A stretch of 63,652 bases of DNA, filler included, from Octopus bimaculoides (Eukaryota): assembly GCF_001194135.2 (NCBI RefSeq). It is 7 parts of 7 records of this genome, joined end to end, with 100 filler letters (N's around TTAATTAATTAA, not from the genome) between each part and the next. Parts side by side here need not be neighbours in the genome. Positions count along the whole stretch, not along the records: positions 1 to 13,172 come from NC_068998.1; positions 13,273 to 22,925 come from NC_069008.1; 5 more parts are not named here. One strand, 5' to 3'. The notes under the pieces were generated by a model. It made no database searches. It was given only the letters and a program-made list of their open reading frames with translations, and had not been told where the DNA came from. The first letter of the stretch is position 1. Each line of letters begins with the position of its first letter. Shown here in pieces: positions 1 through 14,190 of the stretch. Both the position numbers and the translations under genes were made by a program.

Positions 1-511
1 TATATATATATATATGCATATATTTTTGTATTGCGCCTTTGAAACTTAGTTACTCGTATAATATTATTTGGAGTTAACACCTGTGGAGAAAAACGGATGT
101 CGAAAAGAAAAACCTTATCTCACCACTGAATAGTTCAGTTAGGTACAACACATGCAGAGGTTGCTTCTTTCAGCATCTATTATTATTCTCAGTTGGTCTT
201 GTATTATGACCTGATCTTTAACTCTAAGTTCTTATAGTGTCATTACTATAGAAAAAAATCTGCAACTCATGTACATAAAAATCAACTAAAGAAACACACA
301 AAGAAATATCTCATTCAATCTCCATTTATTTTCGGTGTTGTTTACTATCATTCTTCTATAATGCAGCTCCTTTTGACACGATCTAAAAATGAAATAATCA
401 GATGGACATTCTTTATATAAACAGTTTATCGAATTATTTTTATTCATAACTTCTATCTAAACATATACGGTAGGTTCTTCGTCGTTCTCGACGATGCTCA
501 TTCAGTTAATT

Positions 512-858
512 CAGTGGTTATCAACCGAGATCCATAAGGCCCCTGAAGTTCCATATTAGATTTCTGCGGGTCCATGCAACAATATAGTAAATTGGGGATC
601 CACAATAGTATTATAAAGCCCCTAAAAAAGTTTTGCTTCAGATGTACTTATTGGTATGCACTGCAAGAAATAGGAAGGTTTCTTTCTCAAAACATTTTAC
701 ATACCTGAACCTACACAAGCTGATGTGTGAAAAACAAAATAGGAATTTTGAAAGTTCCTGTAAAACTAGTTTTTAAACATTGAATGGCTATGGCGGGGCC
801 ACCAGAATAGAATAGTAATCAAAGGGGTCCATAGATAAAAAATGGTTGAGAACCCCTG
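512..858. mobile_element. hAT-type MITE
   Basis: TIRs CAGTGGTTATCAACC / GGTTGAGAACCCCTG; 8-bp TSD AGTTAATT (504-511) vs AGTTAGTT (859-866). Confidence 0.85.
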
Positions 859-959
859 AGTTAGTTGCTCAATCAAATGAATTCCTTCTCGGGAAATCAA
901 CGTGCATGGATACATGCATCTGTCGCTAATTTCCATACCAAATCAATAGAGAGAGATAG

Positions 960-1058
960 AAATAGAGTGAGAGAGAAAGTGAGCAAGCGAGGGAAAGAGG
1001 GAGAGAGAGAGAGACAAACAGGAAGAGAGAAAGTGTGAGAGAGAGTGTGTGTGTGTAT

Positions 1059-1151
<93 letters not shown>

Positions 1152-1165
1152 AGAGAGTGAGAAAG
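960..1165. repeat. (GA)n microsatellite
   Basis: Direct reading; source of the RERERE/LSLSLS ORFs. Confidence 0.95.
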
Positions 1166-1989
1166 AATTGTGCTCACTTTATTATCGAACCCGAAATGGT
1201 GTCGGAACGGTTGTCACAAGGCATACACGCACAGAAAAAGTATGAAAGATCACTTCCTCAAAAATAAAAGAAAAAAAAAAGAACAGAAAGCAAACAAAAC
1301 AAACAAAAATAAGAGACGACTCCACCCTGTCAGTAAACAAGCATTATCATTTCTATTATCATTATTGTTGTTTCTTGTGTTATCATTGTTGTCTGGTGAT
1401 TCTGCCGATTTGCCATCTTCATCTAAATATATGAACGTTACATCTATTTTGTAAAAAACCTTTTACGTTCTGAATTAAAATCCTATTGCGATCAATTCTA
1501 CCGTTTAACTTCCTAAGAAATAGTCGTGTACGGAAGTCTATACTAGCCTCCTTCACCCCATATTGCTGGTCTTGTGCCAAAATTTGAAAATAATATTTTA
1601 AATATCATTTAACACAATTTTATATTATTACGGTGGATGAGGATGGCAGAATCAGTGTAACACTGCGAGATTTAGTTGTGTCTCTTTATGTCTCGAGTAG
1701 AACTCCCATTGATGTCGGATTTAATTTTGATCTAGGAGTCGACTTGCTTGGTGTAAATGTGGTTAGGCGCATGATCGTACGGTCATTGGTCCAAATTCTG
1801 GATCGGCTGGCGCGTTGTAACCTTGAGCAAGGAACCTCGTTTAAGGTTGTTCCATTTCCTCAACTGAAATAAGTACCAAGTGGATATTTGTACATCTCTC
1901 CCCTTCTGGCTCCCACGTCTTGAATGTTCTGCAGGGTCACAGATGAGGAGATGTAGCAAGATGATGTCTATATGTGCTCCTGACTACAT

Positions 1990-2290
1990 TGACATCTAAA
2001 TAGCATTCTGTCAGTTAAGACGACGAGAGTTCCAGCAGATCCCGCCAACGGAACAGCCTGCTCGTGAAATTAACATGCAAGTACCTGAGTACTCCACAGA
2101 CATGCATGCCCTTGAAGATTCATCGTGACATATTGTGACAAGGCTGGCCCTTTGAAATACAGGTACTACACATTTTTGGCAGCTGAGTGGGCTGGAGCAA
2201 CGTGAAATAAAATGTCTTGCTGAAGGACACAACACACCGCTGGTAATTGAACTCACGACGTTGCGATCGTGAGGCGAATACCCTAGTTAA
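1990..2290 (-). mobile_element. tRNA-derived CORE-type SINE (family B)
   Basis: Reverse complement has a B-box-like GAGTTCAATT followed by TGTGTCCTTCAGCAAGACATTTTATTTCACGTTGCTCCAG; the same module occurs on + at 34950-35230. Confidence 0.75.
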
Positions 2291-3084
2291 CGAAAGCATC
2301 GTCTTTGCTACCAAATTATATTTACTTTCGAGTGATGGCGCGTTGTACAGTTTTTATGCTTATTTAAGAATTATATAGTAACAGTTTGTTACGTTCTGTG
2401 TTTACCTAACATCAAGTTCGAATTTACTATTTCTTTCTTCTAGGGTTATGCAAACAGGAACTAGTCAAGTAGAAGACCAGTTGAATGGAGTGTTACTCTC
2501 TCAAATATTTGCATTAGCTGCAAAAACACAGTATGACAGCCGACTACTTCGTTAGCTTTCTGTGCTTACAGTGAACTATTACTATAATAACATGATTCAC
2601 ATAGTATTTAACGCGTGGGAATTACTTGAATAGTGTGCTTCCAAATCCAGAATTTTCTAGATACTTTATTTCAAGAGCAAAATTACGTTCTGTTGTGATA
2701 TGAGACTCACATACAATATACACAGATGGGGATTAAATGTATTGACATATAGAATGTAATTTTAATCGGTAACCAGAGTAATGTTATATTATCCTGAATA
2801 GCCTACATAAAATCGAAAACATTGACATCCGAAGACGATTATGTAACGTTGCAGTTGAAATATTGAAATATTGGATTAAAAAGACAAAAAAAAAAAAGAC
2901 CCCAAAACATTGCAAAACAAAATAGACCTTGCATATGCGAATCTATTTTTCGATACAGAATCTAGATAAAGGGAAAAAAAAACAAAAAAAAACCCCAGTT
3001 AAATCAGTCAAAAAGTACAGTTATTTCAATGTAGAAGATTGGATTTTTGCTAGCATTTAGATGTAAACAAAATTATAAAAAACA

Positions 3085-3632
<548 letters not shown>

Positions 3633-4138
3633 GCGTATTCCAATATTAAAATCTGGTATTTCAATTTGCAAAAGCTTTTTAAAGGAGATTTTTGAGTTTT
3701 GATAGATGTAGGTTTATAATTTGACCGGATGAAAAAATGGGTAGTATGTTCGGCATTCTGTAGCTCATATTACATAGCAACTAACATTTATTGGTCTGCA
3801 AGAATACTACTTACTCTTATGCCATGATTCAATTTATTTGTCTGCCTTTAGCTAGATAATTCTAGATTTCATTTCAAGTTTATCGAAATGGAAAAGGAAT
3901 GTTTGAGAATATGCTTGAAATATAACATCAATTAGTCACGTGGATATCGTTACATTAACAGTGTGATACTCATCAGTAAGATAGAACCTGCAAGGCTTAA
4001 ATAAGTACCTTTTTTTCTTAGGTTAAGATATTAAATAAACTTGCCGAAGCTATACTAACATCAAGGAAGCATTTAAGTTCCCATATGAAGTTACTTAGCT
4101 TAACAATTCCAATATCAGTTTTAGTCGTCACAGGAATG

Positions 4139-4171
<33 letters not shown>

Positions 4172-4508
4172 GTGTATANNNNNNNNNNNNNNNNNNNNNN
4201 NNNNNNNNNNNNNNNNNNNNNNNNNNNNNNNNNNNNNNNNNNNNNNNNNNNNNNNNNNNNNNNNNNNNNNNNNNNNNNNNNNNNNNNNNNNNNNNNNNNN
4301 NNNNNNNNNNNNNNNNNNNNNNNNNNNNNNNNNNNNNNNNNNNNNNNNNNNNNNNNNNNNNNNNNNNNNNNNNNNNNNNNNNNNNNNNNNNNNNNNNNNN
4401 NNNNNNNNNNNNNNNNNNNNNNNNNNNNNNNNNNNNNNNNNNNNNNNNNNNNNNNNNNNNNNNNNNNNNNNNNNNNNNNNNNNNNNNNNNNNNNNNNNNN
4501 NNNNNNNN

Positions 4509-4560
<52 letters not shown>

Positions 4561-5189
4561 GTGTGTATGTGTGTGTGTGTATAACACAGGCACAGACACG
4601 TATCATGTAGCGTAGGCGGTAGAATCGATTGTCGTTGAGAAAGATAATTATCTTCGCTTTTATGACATTACTACTTTGTTGCAAATATTCAACGTCATTT
4701 AAGTTTTGTTATACAGGGTTACCAAGGTATTCTTATGTAATCTGCAGTTAGCTTCCAAAGTGCTTAACAATATGTGTAATGTTATAGAGTCTAAAGAAAA
4801 AGTCGCATATCCTACGATACACTCACTGAATATGTGTCTGTTAATCACATATAGTTTGTTGTGGTTTGAGTAATACTTTTTGGTGATGTATTAGTATCAT
4901 ATATGGCAGCAATCCGGAAGTGATTTTCAGCAAAAACCTCTCTGTAGGATAATTTCGTGATACTAGATAGATTTGTTTCTTTTGCATTATTCTTTTTAAT
5001 GAGTTCTGCTTTTAAGAGAATGATAGGATGTGTGAGAATGACAGAGTGAGTGAGTATGTGTGTTTGTATTTAGTGCAAATAGGTAGTATTGATGTGACAC
5101 CAGTGCATTCCAACTGGTACGGTACTGTACCATCGCTGGGCGGAAAATTGGGCGCTACTGTATTATGTTACCCCCATTGCACGTTGTCT

Positions 5190-5350
5190 TTGATTGGCAC
5201 TCTGAATCAGATTCAGTATTTGACTGGTACTTAATTTTATCGACCCTAGATACGTTAGACTCAAAGTTGACCTCAATGAAATTTTAACCCAGAACGTGAA
5301 GAGCTGTTGTGAAACTAAGCATGCATTGCTGATATATTTAGAAGTACTGT
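5190..5350 (-). mobile_element. SINE family A fragment (Deu/Nin-like core)
   Basis: ACTGGTACTTAATTTTATCGACCC...AAAGTTGACCTCAATGAAATTTTAACCCAGAACGT matches the other family A copies in the window. Confidence 0.7.
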
Positions 5351-7029
5351 ATCATTACATTTTAGTACAAGGTTACAGATCTATTAAGTGAAGCTATAAC
5401 TGACGAAATCAACATTAGAACATTGTAATTACCTCTTTTACTGACTCTTAAAAGATAAAAGTCATTGGAAATTCTGCTGTAGTTTGAACTCAGAATACAG
5501 GTAAACGAAGCTAATCTCTGTAAAGTATTTGATTTGACATTTAACCATTCGCAACAAAGCACTAATTTATGTTTATGATCGATAACAATAATTTATGACG
5601 TAGAAACAAAACCATCCTTCGTTTGAAGAAGGTACAATGTAATATAATCCTCCCATATTTGATTGGTATTTATTTTATCGACCCAGAAATATTGAAAAGT
5701 AAAAATAATTTCGGTGTTGTTTGTCAACTGATTTAACGATTCTGCTAATCCGCCGCACTATCCTTGTCGATAATATTGGCCTTATTAAAGATTACGTATT
5801 TTCAGAGAAAGAACGATTGCTGTAGTAAATACCTTGCAACGAGTAATTAGGTTCGTATCGCAACGCTTTGTTTAGCTCATATTCCATAGAGGCCGACGGT
5901 GTTATATCATTCTTCCATGTAATGTCGTAAATGGAAACAATATAAATATATATTGCTGCGTAGTACTGAGATCAGTTCACATGAGTACAGCCATTTATCT
6001 ATAAACGATTGGCTTATACTGAAGTAACCTTAAGCTTGACAGGATTCTATATTAGTAAATTAGTGATACGTGAAATACAGTACGAGTGACAGGAATAATG
6101 AAATCAATTTCGTGGTTCAATAAGAACTGAGCCAAAATATTGGATGTTAATTATCTGCAGTATCTCAAGTAATTAATGGTTTCCAACACTGGCAATTAAT
6201 GCCATAATTAATGATAACTGTAAAAAAAGGAACTGTGTGGGGGGTAGATGGAAGAAGAAATAAATGTAGACGTTCAATCATTTCTTGAAGAAATAATGAT
6301 GATTGTTAAATAGCCTCGCCCATTCAATAATAATAAACGAAGATTGTCGTATCTCCTGATGACATTTATCTGGCGACAATATATTTAGAGATGAAATTAT
6401 AATTTGATTTACACTTACTCAATATAGATCCGTTTGCTAGTCGCAGCGAATGGGTGCCAGTATATTTATATTACTGGATAATTTAATTTATGTCCACGGT
6501 ATGTAACGTAATTATCTAATCAGTTCTACGCTATCTTGTACTTGGGTAATTTCACACAGACATACAATTTTGGTTTAGTGGAAGTCGATTTTGGTTTGTT
6601 ACGACAATTTACACAACTTACATATTCATAACACAGTTGTGATGTCATGGTTTAATTGACTTTACTAATTTTGGCTTTATATACCTTCACGAGAAAAAAA
6701 AGATGTATAAACGATAGGCAACATGAGGAATAAGCCTGCACGATGCTGAAAGCTTAATGAAAGAAAATAATTGTAAATTATGCTTCATTTGATAAGGTGA
6801 GTCGCTCGGTCTGTTAGAAAAATCTGCCATTATTTATCCAGATTACATCCTACTATCTTAAAATAGAAGGGGGCATATTAGGAAATGTAGTACGAGATAC
6901 ATAGAATATGTGGGATGGTCATTGTAGGAGTATCTTTGGCCATACAAAGTCAAGTTCCAGCAAAAATTCCAACACAAAAAAGTAAGATTTATATAATAAA
7001 TGATAAAAGTGTGGATAAGAAGTAAAATG

Positions 7030-7210
7030 GATTAAAAATTTTTAGCACGAGATCAGCAATTTTGGGTGAGTGGGTAAGACGAGTTCGTCGACCCCCAGTG
7101 TTTAACTGGAACTTATTTTATCGACCTCGAAAGCATGAAAGGCAAAATGCCTCGGTGAGAAACATTTTCACTGGCGTATTAACGACTGTGCCAGCTCGCT
7201 GCCTTAGAGA
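7030..7210 (-). mobile_element. SINE family A
   Basis: GTCGACCCCCAGTGTTTAACTGGAACTTATTTTATCGACCTCGAAAGCATGAAAGGCAAA...GCCAGCTCGCTGCCTT. Confidence 0.75.
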
Positions 7211-7454
7211 AATATAAAAATCTGAGACATTGAAGTCGAAACCTTAACGACATTAGAAATTGACTACTAAAATTCTAGTGTTTTTAAAAATCATTGTCGC
7301 TCGAGACAACACATTCAACCATCCTTTGATATTTACAAAAGTATATCATTTCTATGTGAAAAGGTTACTGGTTTCTCGATCGACCCGACTCGATTCCTGG
7401 AGAAAGAGCAACTTTGATTGATCTACAATTCTTCTCACGGTGCAACATAATCGT

Positions 7455-7581
7455 CTGAGCGAGAGCGAGAGCGAGATAGAGAGATAGAGATAGAGATAGG
7501 GAGAGATTGAGTGAGAGAGAGAGATAGAGGGAGAGAGAGAGTGTGAGTGTGTGTGTGTGAGAGAGGGAGAGAGTGTGTATA

Positions 7582-7618
<37 letters not shown>

Positions 7619-7619
7619 C

Positions 7620-7715
<96 letters not shown>
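7455..7715. repeat. (GA)n/(TG)n microsatellite
   Basis: Direct reading. Confidence 0.95.
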
Positions 7716-7718
<3 letters not shown>

Positions 7719-7884
7719 TTATTATCAGTATGACAATAACAGAATGTTATCAATAAACAAATATGAATTGGAAATAAATGACATCCTTCTGAAGACTAAA
7801 ATAGACATAAACTATACCAGGAGTCTAATCAGAACTCCTAAAATTGTTCACTCGCGACTTGTGTGATTTTGAAAGAAACTGATT

Positions 7885-7915
<31 letters not shown>

Positions 7916-8090
7916 ACACATGTATACATGACGGGCTTCTACAGAGTTTTCTTCTACGAAATCCACTCACAAGGCATTGATCTGCCGGAGGGCATAGTAG
8001 AAGACACTTGCTCAAGGTGGCGCGCAAGGGAACTGAACCTAAAATGACATGCTTGCAAAGCGAGCTTTTTAGCCACAGTCATTATCCTGC
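7885..8090 (-). mobile_element. SINE family C, 5' half (tRNA head, CORE-like domain)
   Basis: GACGGGCTTCT...AAATCCACTCACAAGGC...GAAGACACTTGCTCAAGGTG...GGGAACTGAACC; homologous to 33205-33580. Confidence 0.8.
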
Positions 8091-8519
8091 TTGTTACACA
8101 GTTGAAGCTTTCGTTTTAAGATACTTTAGCAATGTATCAATTGCTGAGACATAATCGAAATTTTAATGTTTATGAACCAGGTACATGTGTTACGTTTTAG
8201 ATAAGTTCAAACTATCGAAAAAAGAAAACAAAATCTTTAACATAATTAACCAATGTTATAAAGATTAATAATATATGCAACAAAATAGAAATAATAAAAT
8301 GTATAAAGCACAGATTGCCCAGAGCTACTACTTCTTAATAATTATTCTGGCAAGTATGAGAGGTATCTTCAGATATACAGTATTCTAGAAATATATGATG
8401 TATAAATGTACATTATTACATACTTGGAGGTGTACAAAAGTCGAATGTTTAGAGAATAAATTATTTAGAAAAATTACTCGTATACACTATCTGCATGAAA
8501 ACAATTGTTAAGCTAATAT

Positions 8520-9205
8520 TTCTCTCTAATTTTGACACAAGGATAGCAGTTTTGAAGGTAAGGAATAAATCAATTACATAAATCCCAGTGGACAACTGGT
8601 ATTTATTTTATCAACCATCAAAAGATGAAAGGTAGTTTTTGAACTAAGAACGTAAAGAAGCGAAAGAAATGCCGTTAAGTACATTTGTTCAACGTGCACA
8701 CGAACGTAGAGACGGAAAAAGTTCCGTTAAACATTTTACCCTATATACTAACGACCTACTAGCACACCATCTTTTCAAAGCTAGTATTGATTTCAAATTT
8801 TGGCACAAAACCAGCAATATCGCGTGGAGGGAATAAGTCGATTACATCGACCTCAATACTCAACTGGTACTTATTTCATTGAGCCCGAAGGAATGAAAGG
8901 CAAAGCTGACCTCGACGGAATTAGAACTCAGAGCATGATGATAGACGAAATGCCGGTAGGCATTTTGCCTGGCGTGCTAACGACTCCGTCAGCTCTTCGC
9001 TTTTTTCAAAGCTTAATATTGATTTCAAATTTTGGCACAAAGCCAGCAATTTTGGGGAAGGGGGAATATCAATTACATCGACCCCACTTTTTTTATTGAC
9101 CATGAAAGGATGAAAGGTAAAGTCTGTCTCGGCACAGTTTGAATTCAGAGTCTGAAGACGAAGTACCGTTAAGCATGTTAATGATTTTGCTAGCTCGTTG
9201 CCTTG
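8520..9205 (-). mobile_element. Three head-to-tail SINE family A copies
   Basis: Repeating unit TTTTGGCACAA..CCAGCAAT...GTCGATTACATCGACC...GGTACTTATTT...GATGAAAGG...GAACTCAGA at about 8520, 8790 and 9020. Confidence 0.8.
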
Positions 9206-9399
9206 TTAAGCTAACGTTAACAGAATAATGTAGAGAAGATTAAAACATAAAGTGGATAATTATGTAGTAAGGAAAATAGAGTATTCGTCATTGATCAGTA
9301 TTTGAAATATTTATGCAACTCCATAACAGTCTGAGATTATTATAATATTAGGTAAGGAATGTACTATGAAAGTAAGAAAAATGAAGATTATATCCTCAA

Positions 9400-10859
9400 G
9401 AGACCATTTATGTTCCCTTTTCGATTTCCATTCCAGCAATTTCTTTACGTTTAATTGGCGTTGAGGCATCTCGGGAGGTGGGTCATGGTGTGTCTATACC
9501 AACGAACACAATTTTCTGGAATGAAATTACGCCTTGCGATCTATTGTATGACATGTGCTCGCCATTTTTCCATGGTCATGCTGGCTTCTTCTGCAGCTGC
9601 CCGGTCACCAACTCTTTGCTGCAACTCAGCTCGAACGGGGTCCTGCTGGACAGCCGCCTTAAAGCCAGAATGCGCCATTTCCGTACAATTAAGAAACGGC
9701 GAGTAGGGAGGAAGGACTTTCAGACTGATCCGAGGGTCGGCGTCAGTTGGGAGTTCGGCACGAACGTGTGGCCGCGCCTGTCGTAGATCAAGTAGACGGA
9801 TTCATCCGATGCGAACATGTCGGCACATGCTTGAACTGTTTCTGCCAAGAACTCAAAAGTGTTTCATGTAACGGTATCGTTCGCAATGGAGTGGTGAACC
9901 AGGCCGATTTCTCCCGACACCGCGAACGTGACGTTGCAGTTTTTCCCAGACTGACGGTTGACAATTCGCCGAACAAGAACGTCACGAGGCGCCTGGCCCA
10001 AATGTAGTAACCACATTCATCAATGAATACGAAATGGCCGACGACTCCCTCTTCCATAAACCAATGCACCTACTCATAACGCCTTTCCAAAGTTCTTGGG
10101 GCACTTCTTGCATCTGAGACGCCTTTGGCCAGCTTCATAGTTATCAACATCCACTCTAGAGTCCGTGAGATTGCAGGCACGGAAACAGGTGGCTTTCCGG
10201 GCAAGGATGCCTCTAAGTCTCTCTTCATCTGTTGAATAGTTGCGAATGGGTTGGCATCAATAAAAACGTGGTGGGCATCTCCTCTGGGCAAATTGTGATG
10301 CCTCCCAGACCGTAGGTAGGTCGCTACTATGGGTCGGGTGGTGCTCTTTTTAATGTCAAGTGTGTCTGCCAGTTGCAGGTAATCGGTTTGATGCCCCTTC
10401 AAGGCGTCAACCAGCCTTGTCCTGTCTTCATCCAATATACACCTGTACCTTACGCATCGCTCCATGATTACAAGTTGGTGTAAAAGAATGGTATGTAAAA
10501 TGCAACTGATACCGACCGGTTAAGAATGTTGCAATGAAAAAGATATTTGTGGACAGAAGAACCACGTAATTTCTTTCTTCCTTGTAGCTATAACAATATA
10601 ATAAAGTTTGCATGACAAAGCATGTTATTTAAATTTGTTATTTTTAACATTCACTTCTAAGAATGTGAATAAAAACGCACATGTAAAATTTGTGCTGAAT
10701 TGAATAAACTCATTCCAAATTCGAACGTTCACGGGTGGATTTGAATGCGTGAAAAGACGCCCCCTCGCATTCCGACTAATTTGAATGCTCTCGACGGGCA
10801 TTTTAATTTGAATGATGTAAGCATTTTGTCTCTGGCGTCTAAAAGTTTCTACAAGATCT

Positions 10860-10860
<1 letters not shown>
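9400..10860 (-). mobile_element. IS630/Tc1/mariner-superfamily DDE transposon with a decayed transposase
   Basis: ATG at 10465; HTH region (LADTLDIKKSTTRPIV); FVFIDECGYYIW; after a frameshift VYLIYD; after a second frameshift VLPPYSPFLNCTEMAHSGFKAAV. About 33 aa between the second D and E. Stops at about 10070 and 9855. Confidence 0.9.

Positions 10861-10861
<1 letters not shown>

Positions 10862-10928
<67 letters not shown>
10862..10928. repeat. (ACT)n microsatellite
   Basis: Direct reading; abuts the 5' end of the IS630-like element. Confidence 0.95.
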
Positions 10929-10929
<1 letters not shown>

Positions 10930-11951
10930 ACACATATCTCAGCAGACCAATGGAAGTGTTCGGAATACGGATATGATTGTAGTATGGTCATAAGTAAATG
11001 GCGTAGGGATAATTATTATAAGGAATATATAGATTATAACTAATCCCTTACTCAGAGTATAAGCATTCGTATATGTATACATACAATACATATATACATA
11101 ATCACACACATACATGTATACATACAATACATACATAATCACGCACATACATGTATACATACAATATATATAAACATAATATATACACATATATGTATAT
11201 ATACAATACATACAAACATAAAACACACACACGCTCTCTCTCTTTCACACACACACACACAAAGACACACACACCACATAATGTATGTATGTTTGTATGC
11301 ATGCATGTATGTATGATTTTATGAACGTGTATGCTTACATACATATCTAATCTGTCAATCGATCTATATACATACATATACATAGATATAATGAAGAATC
11401 ATTTACTTTCTCAGAATAATCGTCTTTCAGAATAGTTTGTTCAATTTAGCTTAATTTTCGATCTAATCTATACATAAAGAATACTTTTCTTAGTTCAATT
11501 TATTCCACGTATCTGTAGATAATAATCAATGCCAGACCTCTTAATTAATTACATTACAAATGGCTCTTGTCTTGTCATGTAAACCAATAATCTAATTTTG
11601 GAATCATAATAATATTTGTATTGTAGTTAGATGGAGAAATTCACTGAAATGATGGAACGCCAGACTAATTGTCTTGCGTTAAGTAGTAAACAAGTATAAT
11701 TCATGTTGTTTGTTTTGTTATTGTTTAACCTCAGGTCAACCACGTTCGAGATGGTTAATGATGAACGACAGTCCACTTGAAACTTTTTCGACGATAAGGA
11801 TTAGAAGTATGTTTTCTGATTTGTCCTTCCTTTTTGAAGACGGCAAGCAGTTTAGCTGCAATAGTTAACAGATCTGCTGACCACATACCAGTTGCTTCAG
11901 TGGCTCGTACCTTTCTTTCTTTCTTTCTTTCTTTCTTTCTATCTATCTATC

Positions 11952-11982
<31 letters not shown>

Positions 11983-12323
11983 CCATACATACGTACATAC
12001 ATACACACACACACAAACACACATAAATGTTTATACACATATATATACACGTATATGTGTTTGTATGTGTATAATATGTAATGTAGTGTAATACATATGT
12101 GTGTGTGTGTGTGTGCGTGTGTGTGTGCATGCACACACCACAATAATGACTTTTATTACTTTTATTCCTACCTCAGTTCATCTAATTATATATATCTATC
12201 ATTACTTTTCATAAAAAGCCATTACTTGTTTTGATTTCCAATGTGCATTTTCGCTTATTTTTCTTCTTACTTTCCCCCTACATTTCCACGTGTAGTTTCT
12301 ATTTTGTTTTTGTAACATATTCC

Positions 12324-12362
<39 letters not shown>

Positions 12363-13216
12363 GTTATAGTTGCCGCTGCTGTTTAAGTTACCAATAATAT
12401 TAAGCAGATATATGTTTAAAGAGCTCTCAATAAGGCCATCCAAATAATGTATCCAAGACTGTATTATCCAGTGTGGTATTCACTCCTAAGTATGATACAA
12501 GTATTGCGTGTGAGTGTGTTTGTGGGAATAAGAAAAAGTGAGCTGTATTTGTGCACAGCCCAAAAGTGGAAGGAAAAAGAAATACGTTACTCAAAGTTGA
12601 TACCCTAGATAGACGTTAAATAAACATGTGTCTAAGTCTGTCTTACAACATACATGCTAATACAATGAACATTGTGGTATGGTTGATCACACAAATAAGG
12701 AACCATCATCGAAACTGACGGAGGTCCGTTGTTCTTGTTACTAACAACGGTCAATTTCATCACCCATGATACTTATTTCAAACTAAGTTCTCTGGACTAG
12801 TGATAGCATAACGATTTTTAGTAGTAACGACAAAATATATAAACACTATAAACTTCATTTTGTATAGGTTGGCCAACAACCTATCGATTGACAGGCTATG
12901 GATTTACTTTCATAACGACATATGAGAAAACTTCAAAAATCATTCATCTACACTAAAAGTTCTTACACAACATAAAGAATACTGAGAGTAATATGAGGTA
13001 ATATTCCTTTCAGAGATATGAATGAAGCGGCTATATATATATTTCATATAGGTATACATATATGCATATATATGTATATAAATTTTGTGTGTATGAATTC
13101 ACATACATATATGCATATATTATCTATGGGGGCATCTTTTTCTCTCTCTCCAACTTTCTCATATATATATATNNNNNNNNNNNNNNNNNNNNNNNNNNNN
13201 NNNNNNNNNNNNNNNN

Positions 13217-13228
13217 TTAATTAATTAA
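13217..13228. other. Artificial six-frame-stop gap spacer TTAATTAATTAA (also 22970, 38313, 50643, 57502, 62228)
   Basis: An identical 12-mer sits in the centre of 100-nt N runs. Confidence 0.9.
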
Positions 13229-13599
13229 NNNNNNNNNNNNNNNNNNNNNNNNNNNNNNNNNNNNNNNNNNNNCATATATATATACACACATGCATATATA
13301 CATATATACTTTCAAATATACTTATACATATATGCATACATACATACATACATGTAACCATATGTACATGCATTCATACGTACATACATACATACATGTA
13401 TACATAATACATTCATACATGCATACATACATCCATACATACGTACATACATGCATTCATATATACATAAACACATACATACACACATACATACATTCAT
13501 GCATACATACACTTACATACATGCAAACATACATACATACATACATACGTACATATATACATACATACATACGTACATACATACATACATACATACATA

Positions 13600-14009
13600 C
13601 GACGGCGGGTTGTAAAGTACATAGACTAACTATGAAGGATTCATGCTAGACCTCAGATATCTTGGGCCATCCTCAAGATATTCCCTACCCACTCCTAAAT
13701 CCAGTTGCCCACTTTTGCACTGTTGATGAATTTGGGGTGCCCATCCCCTTATATAGCAACCATATCGACATGAATGTCCTTGGGAGCTAAACCCTTTTAC
13801 TTCATGTACTTAGTAGTGCCACATTGTCCATTTTCAAGAGAAGTCCCTACCAGTTACTTTTGAAGTCTTCTTTGAACTGTCAGATGTCATTTTACTTGGA
13901 AAAAAAACATAGTAGTTATTAAGAAGGGCTGAGATCAATGCATGCAAAATTTCACAGCTCTAGCAGCACTCCTTCATAGTTAGCCCATGGTCTTTTCATC
14001 CCACTCTCG
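13600..14009 (-). mobile_element. Internally deleted mariner element
   Basis: Imperfect TIRs (CGACGGCGGGTTGTAAAGTACATAGACTAACTATGAAGGA vs RC CGAGAGTGGGATGAAAAGACCATGGGCTAACTATGAAGGA), TA flanks, N-terminal remnant KGLAPKDIHVDMVA...STVQKWATGFRSG. Confidence 0.8.
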
Positions 14010-14021
14010 TATGTATGTATG

Positions 14022-14057
<36 letters not shown>

Positions 14058-14079
14058 TGTATGTACGCATGTATGTATG

Positions 14080-14190
14080 TCATTATTCAGTTTTACTTCA
14101 AGATGTCTTGCCAATAGAGAAAGAACCGGTTTCTAACCTAAGTCCAAGGCTCCTTTATTGGAATTCCAACATCAACAACAAGGTATTTTT
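14080..14190. repeat. Unclassified interspersed repeat (second copy at 34385-34500)
   Basis: Shared CCA(A)TAGAGAAAGA(A/G)CCGG...CTAAC...CAAGGCTCCTT(T/C)ATTGGAA...GGTATTTTTG in both copies. Confidence 0.7.

Noticed and set aside
348-1422. Three-exon minus-strand C-terminus (...NFQNSYFVFHTSACVGS-DRVKRSCIIEE*)
   Set aside because: The middle exon (705-757) lies inside the hAT MITE 512-858, so the phase match is probably chance. Exonisation is not excluded.
6720-6802. Perfect donor AAG|GTGAGT at 6797
   Set aside because: There are stops in all three upstream frames, and the donor is the edge of a dispersed repeat.
9205-10860. Fanzor/TnpB cargo in the IS630-like, hAT or Helitron elements
   Set aside because: No additional ORF, and no RuvC or zinc-finger motifs are visible in or beside these elements.
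13173-13272. TTAATTAATTAA repeated six times at irregular spacing
   Set aside because: It always sits in the centre of a 100-nt N run and encodes stops in all six frames, so it is an assembly spacer rather than biology.
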